NCBI RefSeq assembly: GCF_006345805.1
Contig: NW_021836960.1
Coordinates: 1 to 22,330, forward strand
DNA: 22,330 nucleotides
Direction: 5' to 3'
From: Octopus sinensis
Taxonomy: Eukaryota
Part shown: positions 11,250 through 22,330 of the stretch, piece after piece
Position numbering within the stretch: position 1 is the first letter of the stretch
Layout: every line of letters starts with the position of its first letter
The notes under the pieces: model-generated
Database searches by the model: none
Told to the model about the DNA's origin: nothing
What the model saw: the letters and a program-made list of their open reading frames with translations, nothing else
Program-made: the position numbers and the translations under genes

Positions 11250-11413
11250 GCGACAGGCTTCTTTCAGTTTCCATCTACTAAATTCACTCAATAAGGCTTT
11301 GGTCGACCCGGAACTATAGTAAAAGACACTTGCCCAATGTACCACGTAGTGAGGCTGAACCTGGAACCATGCGGTTGGAAGGCGAGTTTCTTACTGCATA
11401 GCCACGCTTGCGG
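11250..11413 (-). mobile_element. SINE family 1 tRNA-like head (outer element of nested pair)
   Basis: Reverse complement: CCGCAAGCGTGGCTATGCAGTAAGAAAC...GGTTCAGCC...TGGGCAAGTGTC...GGAAACTGAAAGAAGCC. Confidence 0.88.
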
Positions 11414-12118
11414 TTATACCTATGTATATCTATTAACAAAAAACTTCAACAACTATCACGGAACAGATTTATTCACAATTCCATTCTCTCAGTGTGGGAT
11501 ATACAGTTGCCATTGGAGACTGTAGTTTCAGACTTGTACAAAACTGAAACTATTTCGATCGGTCAATGGTTTGTATATTTCATTGTTTTATTTAGCTTCT
11601 TTTTTTTTCCTTACTTCTTTTTTGGAGGGATACATTTTCCATTTGGACGGAGTAGGTGCCTGGGTGATTTGGGGTGCATATATGCATGGGGTTACAAGGT
11701 TAGATGATTCTTGTATGAGTATATTTTTAGCATCAATCTCGACAACACGATCAATCTTAACTTGATCTTCAATCCCAATTGATTTTCATGTATAAACATT
11801 GCTTTCTTATCTTTTACTGCACACCATTAAACAACAGCCAGTGTGCATGCGTGTATGTGTGAGTGTCTGTATACATATGGGTGTGTATGCGTGTGTATGT
11901 ATGTATATGTGTGAATGCGTGTGTGCATCTTTGTACACACATATAATATATATATATATATTATGTATATATATGTACATATGTATATATGTGTGAGTGT
12001 TAATATTTGTATATGCATGAGTGGAACATTGTGTTTACAAGCAGAAGGAAGTACTCAATACGAAATAAATGTGCAGATATACATACATGCATACATACAA
12101 ACATGCATGCATACATAG

Positions 12119-13500
<1,382 letters not shown>

Positions 13501-13529
13501 CGTATCTGTATATAGACATCCATATCTGT

Positions 13530-13607
13530 GGGCATGTGTCTAATATATACATCCATATATGTATGTATATACTGGGGTGTGTGTAATCGTGTGCTGTTAT
13601 GTGTATG

Positions 13608-13658
<51 letters not shown>

Positions 13659-14084
13659 TATATAATATATATAATATATATATACATATATATACATATA
13701 TATATATAAAACACATATATATATACATAAATATATATATACATAAATATACAGTAAATATAATATATATATATGTATATATATATAAACAGTGAGAGAG
13801 AGAGAGAAATGAATGTATATATATATTTAACCACGCATGTTTGTGTATCTGAGTGTGCATGAATAGGTGTTTGTATGATGGAATGGTTATTTATATCGAA
13901 ATCAATAGATATATCTGTACAAGCGTCTATCTATACCCAGAAGAAATCAATATACTCATAAACACACACAAACACATACATATTGTATTTATATGTGTGT
14001 CCGCATGTATGTATCTATGCATATATATATATATCTATATATTCATCATATAGATATATATATTTATGAATTAATATATATACA

Positions 14085-14128
<44 letters not shown>

Positions 14129-14323
14129 TGTATGTATTTAAGTATGTATGTATACGCATGCATATACACGCATGTATGTTTGTATTATGTATGCATGTAT
14201 GTTTGTACGTATATCAATAAGTGCGTGTGTTTACATCCATAAATATAATTATAGATTGATAGGAATGGATTCCTATATGTACATACATGTACATGCACTC
14301 AGACATATACACATGTGTGTGGG

Positions 14324-14395
<72 letters not shown>

Positions 14396-14400
14396 TGTTG
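13530..14400. repeat. (TA)n/(TG)n/(TATG)n microsatellite field
   Basis: Visible directly. Confidence 0.93.
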
Positions 14401-14873
14401 AAAGCTATGTAAATTCGTAGACGCATTTAAATACCGGATCTAAAATGGACATGTGCATAAACATTTGACCGAAGATGGCGTCTAGTCTCAAATCTTCGAT
14501 GTCTGAACTCACTCTACCCCCACTTCGATCTTTGATGAAGAGTACATCCCATGATACCTATTTATAGTTAGGATCACTGGAGCCACTGAATGTTAAATTG
14601 TTCTGCCAAAAAAGACCCCAAGCTCAATGCATTTCTCCTGAGGACACACATATACACATTCTCACACGCAAACATGTATATACAGAAATATTTACACACT
14701 CACGCACACACGTATATATATATATATATATGTATATTATACACACACACACAAGTGTATATATATATATATATGTGTATGTTTGTGTGTATGTGTGTGC
14801 ATGTCTGTGTATGTGTGTGCGTGTCTGTGTATGTGTGTGCGTGTGTGTGTATGTGCGTGTGTGTGAGAGAGAG

Positions 14874-15251
14874 GGAGGCACAATGGATGAGTGGTTAGGG
14901 CGGCGGACTCGCGGTCGTGGTATCACGGTTTCGATTCTCAGACTGGGCGTTGTGAGCGTTTATTAAGCGAAAACACCTAAAGCTCCATGAGGCTCTGGGA
15001 GGGGGTGATGGTGAACCCTGTTGTACTCTTTCACCACAACTTTCTCTCATTCTTTCTTCCTGTTTATGTTGTACCTGCATTTCAAAGGGCCAGCCTTGTC
15101 ATACACTGTGTCACGCTGAATCTCCCCAAGAACTACGTTAAAGGTACACGTGTCTGTGGAGTGCTCAGCCACTTGCTCGTTAATTTCATGAGCAGGCTGT
15201 TCGTTGATCGGATCAACTGGAATCCTCGTCGTCGTAACCGTCGGAGTGCTA
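14874..15251 (+). mobile_element. tRNA-derived SINE family 3, full length
   Basis: GGAGGCACAATGGATGAGTGGTTAGGG (A box), GGTTTCGATTCTC (B box), a non-tRNA body, and an end at GTCGTCGTAACCGTCGGAGTGCTA; matches my recollection of an abundant octopus SINE. Confidence 0.85.
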
Positions 15252-15280
15252 CGATATGTATAATGCATATATATATATAT

Positions 15281-15323
<43 letters not shown>

Positions 15324-15424
15324 AATGTATATTTATATATAGTATATATATGTATATACATATATAATATAAATGATGTATATGTTTATAGATGTATATA
15401 TATATTATATATATATATATATAA

Positions 15425-16850
15425 TGGAGAGATTGTACAAAATGTATAATATATGGATGATGAGTAAAGCATCGGCACAGTTTCGATTATCTGTTGTTAT
15501 CCATAGATTTACTGCAGGGACTTCGTAGTGGCAGTTAGGGTAATAAATTAGGAGATGGAATGTGTAATAGACTTTATTGGGTACAACACATATTTCGATC
15601 CGTTCTGGATCTCTTCAGGTACATAAATAAAAAGTCTCACAAGAGATTTCTTGAGTCGGCTTACGTATCGCTATATGTCCATAAATATCGAGAATAAGTA
15701 AAATCAGAGAAAAAATTATTGAATCGCAAAGAAATTTAAATATGAATGTGGAAAGTATTCATTCTAGTTTAGAGAAAATAACGTAATCAACTTTCGCTGT
15801 TGTAGCTGTTAAGAGAAAGAAAAGGAAGTTGAAAGAAAGATAATACTTAGACGAAAATTATTTTTGTGTTCGTGTTTAACGCATATATACACACACAGAG
15901 ATAGATATATAAGCACGTATATATACGCGCTCACACACGCACATCCAAGCATATGGGCATATACATACAATTAGATACAGGTGCATACGCATACGTATGG
16001 ACGAACATATGCATATATATGTCTAGGAACTCGTATACACGTGTATATATACATAGATATATGTACATATACACACATGCACATATATATATATATACAC
16101 ATACACATAGATACACACACACACACACATATATGCATGTATATATATACATATATACATATGCATATATGGATCTAGATTGCGAGATTAGATGTCAAAT
16201 ACAAGTTATTCGAATATAGTTCCTCAAGTATTTAGAGTTGTGCACCATATATACATCTAGTTGTGTATAGTCGGGATTGTAATATGTAAATGTATGTTTA
16301 GCTGCATGTAGGCATCTGGGTAATTGTTTAATGAATTTATTATAATGCGCTCCTTTGTTAACATTATCGATAGTGATTCCTCGGAGCATAACTGGCATTT
16401 CCGGGATATTGTGTTGTAGGGACTCGCGTGTCTAAGTATGGACCATGTAAGGTCTTCACTTCCTTAAGCCGCAAGATAAAATCGGCCAGCGATGTTATAT
16501 GTCGTTTAAGGATATTTCGAAAGCTGGCGATGTGGTTGAGGTATCGATTTTTGAAAAAATCGACCGATGCCCCAATATATACGTAGGGGCTTCCTCTAGT
16601 GTTTATAGTACACCTGTATACCACGTTCTTAATCATACATTGGTTATCCAAAGGACAATAGGATCGTCTCTGCATGAGCATAATTGTTTGATTTCGTTGG
16701 CTAGTGTAGATCGAGCGCTAGAAGGATTGGTTCTGTTCGGTATTTTGGTTACCAATATTATCGTTTTATTATCACTATTTGTAGTTGTTCTCAGTTTCTT
16801 ATTTGAATTGTTGCTGTAGATTTTTTTGCGAAGGTGATGTTTTAAATCAT
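15425..16850 (-). mobile_element. Penelope-like element 3' portion: frameshifted GIY-YIG endonuclease, microsatellite-expanded 3' region, hammerhead and AATAAA
   Basis: CSC(fs)RRSYCPLDNQC.IKNVVYRCTINTRGSPYVYIGASVDFFKNRYLNHIASF...SLADFI..LKE(fs)DLTWSILRHASPYNTISRKCQLCSEE at ~16270-16690 shows the VVY...YIG...R..H GIY-YIG core with flanking Cys motifs of PLE nucleases. The boundaries are approximate. Confidence 0.88.
15581..15622 (-). ncRNA. Minimal type I hammerhead ribozyme (Penelope pLTR type)
   Basis: Minus strand: GTAC-CTGAAGA-GATCC-agaac-GGATC-GAAA-T-ATGT-G-TT-GTAC. Intact CUGANGA/GAAA core, 5-bp stem II, 4-bp stem I, minimal stem III, GUU cleavage triplet; AATAAA follows at 15578-15573. 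Confidence 0.8.
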
Positions 16851-16937
16851 TATAATAAAAGTAATAAATATTTTTAAAATTATATAATATTATATAAACT
16901 TACATTTACGTATACACGAACACTCATATAGGCACGC

Positions 16938-17118
16938 AAATGTTATAAATATTTGCTCAAAGTGAGGCGCAGCGGGGCTGAACACAAAACCATATGGTTG
17001 CAATATGAGCTTCCTAACCACATAACCAAAAGTTATAACATTTGTGGTTAGGAAGCTCATATTGCAACCATGTGGTTTTGTGTTCAGCCCCGCTGCGCCT
17101 CACTTTGAGCAAATATTT
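16938..17118. repeat. Long inverted repeat: 76-bp arms 16947-17022 and 17043-17118, 20-nt loop, 1 mismatch
   Basis: The arms are reverse complements except at one position (left T, right G). Confidence 0.97.
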
Positions 17119-17486
17119 CCACTGTAACTCTGGCCCGATCAATGCCTTCTGAGTCAATTTGGTAGTCAGAAACTGAATGAAAGTCTATCGTGTGTGTGTG
17201 TGAGTGTGTGCGTCTGTGTATGTGTGTGTGTGCGTGCATGTATGTGTGTGTATGTGGGTTTATACTTGAGTATGTCTCCCTCTCTACCGCTTAACAACTG
17301 GTGTTGGTTTGTTTACGTACCCGTGACTAGCAGTTCGTCAAAAGACACAAATATACCGATGGAATAAGTACCAGACTCTAAAGAAAATTATTATTGATGT
17401 AGATTTGTTCGACTAAACCCCTCGAGGCGGTGCCCCCACTTGGCCACAGTCCAATGACCGAAAGAAGTAAACAATAAGGATAAAAG
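17043..17486 (+). mobile_element. SINE family 1 copy, diverged; its head forms the right arm of the inverted repeat
   Basis: TGTGGTTAGGAAGCTC...GTTCAGCCC...AAACTGAATGAAAG, (TG)n, GTTTACG...GGAATAAGTACCAG...CGACTAAACCCCTCGAGGCGGTGCCCC...GGCCACAGTCCAATGAC. Confidence 0.88.
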
Positions 17487-17496
17487 CTGTGAAAAT

Positions 17497-17770
17497 TGGG
17501 AAGTCGTTAGAACGTCGGATACCTTCTGGTATTTGTGTGAACTCTGAGTTGAAATGTCGTCGAGATCAACTTGCTTCCTGTCCTTTAACAATCAATAAAC
17601 AAAGCAGCACCCCCAATGCAATGGGATCAGCAGAATACTCAAATTTTTCGGATAAGACCAAGGTGGCGAGTTTGTAGAGTCGTTAGAATGTTGGTTAGAA
17701 TGATAAGTGGTACCCTCGGCAGGATTTTAACTGTCTCCACTTGCACTTTGAATTCAAATCTCGCCGAGAG
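17497..17770 (+). mobile_element. Two degraded SINE family 2 heads (~17497-17600 and ~17662-17770)
   Basis: GTCGTTAGAACGTCGG...TGAGTTGAAAT and GGTGGCGAG...GTCGTTAG...TGAATTCAAATCTCGCCGAG. Confidence 0.6.
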
Positions 17771-17799
17771 TTAGACGGGATGCTCTGCAGTCTCTGTTT

Positions 17800-18051
17800 C
17801 AGCTCAATGCATTCAGACAGCAAAATTTGTATGGTAATAAGTTTGCTTCCCAGTCACTTCATGATTGCGAATTTGTTTGTTAGGCAAACTAGTGCAAGGA
17901 AAGTTAGTTGTCTTCTCCAGGGACCAAACGGAATGACGGTAGCAATTAGTAGATTACGAGTAGGAAGTCTTATATCAAAGTGGTCAGTGACAGAGCGTTT
18001 TAATGCAGCAGCTGAATCAGTGAAAGGTTGTCTATATGATTGTAGTTCAAT
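17800..18051 (-). mobile_element. Possible decayed hAT-family transposase fragment
   Basis: Minus frame AAALKRSVTDHFDI...NLLIATVI....RRQLTFL loosely resembles the hAT 'L..RF.....L.AT.LDPR.K.L.FL' segment. By eye only. Confidence 0.25.
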
Positions 18052-18316
18052 CTGCAAAAATTAGCAGTTAAATTTTCCTTCAATCATACCGCATAATTTA
18101 AAAAAGGAAAAACGCAATGTACAGTGTTGCTCTAGGTAGATTATATTTTGTATATAAAACGAAAACACAGTATTGTCACATCTTGTATGTTCTTGATCTC
18201 ACGTCCGCTTCATCAGGGTTGACATGAAGATCAACAACAATAACAATAACATCAATAATATTGTTGTATTTCTTACTGTCTTCTACCGCTGATAAAGGCT
18301 TACAAGTACTAAATAC

Positions 18317-18425
18317 TCTAGTGTAATTAACCACATCGACTTCCGGAGATAAATATAGAGCAATTATCTATACAGACTTCTGGAAATTATTATAAGGTAA
18401 TTAGCCGTATTGACTTCCGGAAATT
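18317..18425. repeat. Degenerate 37-bp tandem repeat carrying GACTTCYGGA and (G/C)T/CAATTA motifs
   Basis: GACTTCYGGA starts at 18338, 18375 and 18412; units 18338-18374 and 18375-18411 match at 25/37 positions. Confidence 0.75.
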
Positions 18426-18728
18426 GCATTCTCTTCCTCATTTTATGTAAATGATAGGATTTCAGCTTGCCACTGTGATACAAAATTGATGCGCAGATGG
18501 TGAGTTGATATAACAGAGGTTGGTTTGTGTTAACGCTACTGAGCTTCAGACAAGACCAAGACACTTAACACTCAGCAGGCCAACATAGTTCTAAGGAGGA
18601 TGTTCTGTTGAATGTTAAATAGAAAATATTGAGCCAATAATTACGTGAAAGCCATAGAAGACAGTTGCTACAAAAAGAAGGTTGAACCATAAATTCTGAG
18701 ATAGTAAGTGACGCTTCTATATATTAGA

Positions 18729-19318
18729 GTCAATTATGTGACATTTTCTACTCTCTTTATCTACTTCTACCAAATCGGGTCTTCTAGCTTCTATTATACT
18801 GTCAGTCACGCAACTTCTTATATTTCTCACTTTCTAGTACTTTACTAGGTTCATGTTCATACAATTTATCAGTATGTTCAAATCCTAGCTTTCTGCATAG
18901 TTCCCAGTGAATTACCTTCCCTAAGTTGTTATGCCTTTTCTTGTACTCTTTCTGTGCTACATTTACTTACTATATGAGTAACACTTACCTCTTTTGGTTT
19001 GCATAACCTACATTGGGAATCTATTTGATTTTTCTCTATTGGCTTTTATCTAATAACTCTTTAATGCTTAATCTTGTGTTGCTGCTAACAAACCCTTCAG
19101 CCTTCTTTTCTGCAACCATAACCATGTCTCACTACTACTATTTGCTGCAACTATCTTTAGGAATCTACCATGCAAAGCCTTCTCTTGCCAATTAGATAAC
19201 TTTTGTTCATTTTTCTGGTTTTTAACTTCATTTGGCGTTTTGGTTTCCCTATGTCCTGCTGTGACTCTAGCAGCTCTTAATAAACTTTCTTCACGATTAC
19301 CTACATAGGACGCTATAT
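18729..19318 (-). mobile_element. Older R4/Dong-clade fragment of a different subfamily (copy C)
   Basis: Minus strand YVGNREESLLRAA...WQEKALHGRF...TWLWLQK...LLAATQD...IKA...RLC...VTHIVSKC...RH..LGKVIHWELCRKLGFEH.DKLYEHEP.KVLE...IEARRPDLVEVDKESRKCHIID, with stops and frameshifts. Confidence 0.85.
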
Positions 19319-19319
19319 T

Positions 19320-19339
19320 TAATTATTATTATCATTATC

Positions 19340-19424
<85 letters not shown>

Positions 19425-19463
19425 TATTATTATTATTATATTATTATTATTATTATTATTATT
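19320..19463. repeat. (TTA)n tract between Dong copies C and B
   Basis: Visible directly. Confidence 0.95.
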
Positions 19464-19996
19464 CAGTAGTTTTATTTTATAGTGTGCTTTCACTTCACTA
19501 CCGAGCGCAGCTCTGTGTGCCTTGGGTATGTGCTGTGATTTGTTGTGATGCTCTGATGGTTATTGTATGGAAAGTGTTCTGCGTAGGATGTGGCAGTGCC
19601 TAGTAGTGCAATTTTCTGTATGTTATATGTGTTTGTAAGTCCTGGTGTTTTTGTTATGTATTTGTCTGAATATTTTTTTATCATGCCTAATGCACCTACT
19701 ATGATAGGAATTGTTTCTGTTTTTAGATTCCACATTCTGGTTACCTCTATTTCCAGGTCTTTGTATTTTGAAAGTTTCTCCATTTCTTTTAGAGACACGT
19801 TGTCATCTGCCGGTATTGATACATCAATTAGAAAGCATTGTTTTTCTTCATGATCCCTGACAACTATATCTGGTCTGTTGGCCTTAATTTCTCTATCTGT
19901 GTGTATCGGCATATCCCAGAGTATGGTTGCTTTCTCGTTTTCTGTGACGTTTTCTGGTGTGTGCCTATACCATCTTTTTTCTGTTGTTATTCCATA
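19464..19996 (-). mobile_element. R4/Dong-clade 3' fragment, copy B (RLE domain and 3' UTR), same family as copy A
   Basis: ORF 19490-20125 core: GITTEKRWYRHTPENVTENEKATILWDMPIHTDREIKANRPDIVVRDHEEKQCFLIDVSIPADDNVSLKEMEKLSKYKDLEIEVTRMW...IQKIALLGTA. The 3' UTR is homologous to 6440-6538. Confidence 0.93.
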
Positions 19997-20005
19997 ATAA
20001 TAATA

Positions 20006-20053
<48 letters not shown>

Positions 20054-20689
20054 GAGTGGGAGAGCAGCGTGTACCATCAAAGTGACACTGGGGTAGAAAT
20101 ATACGAGGCCCAATATGCACATCATGATTACCCGTCTGATAAATGTACATCAGGCACAAGCACCACAGCCATATCAAGATAAACAGCGCATGCTGTTGGA
20201 GGTGTGACCCAGTAAAAATTTTCTTCGGGTTAAGTAGCTCATCCCGCTCAAAAAGTGCCTGATTAAGGGTTGTCTAAAGATGTTGAACGAAACGCCCATG
20301 TTTCCAGAGGTGAATTATTCAAACCCCAAATAATTCCTCTCAACACATGGCTATGCTGCTCCCCCATTTTTTTCTTGATGATCTCTGACAACTATATCTG
20401 GCCTATTGATCTTAATTTCTCTATCTGTGTGTATTGGTATATTCCATAGTATGGTTCCTTTCTCATTTGCTGTGTCCTTTTCTGGCGTGATGCTACCACA
20501 CTATTTCTGCGCGTGATCAGAGATGCACGTATCCTCAGACACCAAGAGACCAAGCAAATCTGTGGTATTGAGCAGAATATTTGATGTAGCCCATCTTTTA
20601 TACCAAGGTAAAACAATGTACATGATAACTTCTAATCAGTTAAGATCAGAAGCCATGAGAACCAGTACCTGGTGCTGCGTAGGACATTT
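20054..20689. mobile_element. Non-coding ~640-bp interspersed element flanked by (TTA)n on both sides, interrupted by a Dong fragment
   Basis: Sharp boundaries with TTA tracts and no ORF. GAGTGGGAGAGCAGC...CATCAAAGTGACACTGGGGTA and ...GATCAGAAGCCATGAGA...GGACATTT match my recollection of an abundant octopus repeat (not verified by search). Confidence 0.6.
20366..20488 (-). mobile_element. Tail-less Dong RLE-coding fragment (copy A subtype) inside the 640-bp element
   Basis: Aligns to ~6818-6940 and ~19840-19965 (encodes ...ILW.IPI.TD..I..NRPDIVVRD...). Confidence 0.9.

Positions 20690-22330
<1,641 letters not shown>

Noticed and set aside
11523-11552. 9-bp inverted repeat TAGTTTCAG / CTGAAACTA
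   Set aside because: Short and AT-rich; expected by chance and has no associated feature.
11588-11785. Stop-free minus frame KSIGIEDQVKIDRVVEIDAKN...KKEAK*
   Set aside because: Only vague resemblance to LINE ORF1 segments; no start codon or splice support. An HMM search would be needed.
18180-18220. CTGATGA-AGCGG... hammerhead candidate (minus strand)
   Set aside because: No stem II partner and no GAAA.
20490-20545. CTGAGGA...GAAA on the minus strand in the 640-bp element
   Set aside because: Stem II does not pair beyond one base pair and there is no valid stem III/UH.

Overview
AT-rich, microsatellite-saturated eukaryotic intronic or intergenic DNA. The SINE families, the mariner family and the microsatellite density point to an octopus (coleoid cephalopod) genome; this is inferred from recalled repeat sequences, not from a search. 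I find no supportable host protein-coding gene, and most ORFs in the supplied track are translations of (TA)n, (CA)n, (GATA)n or (TTA)n tracts. The window is a mosaic of decayed mobile elements: three tRNA-derived SINE families, two mariner fragments in inverted orientation, several R4/Dong-clade RLE non-LTR retrotransposon pieces (nearly all abutting (TAA)n tracts, all on the minus strand), a CR1/L2-group LINE 3' end, a Penelope-like GIY-YIG element with a minimal hammerhead ribozyme in its 3' region, and a ~640-bp non-coding element flanked by TTA tracts. The most notable structures are a 76-bp-arm hairpin fully explained by a double template switch, the hammerhead, the stacking of Dong elements in TAA tracts, two microsatellite-bounded tandem duplications whose deletion-only asymmetry suggests long-read artifact, and a 37-bp-period ETS-motif array.
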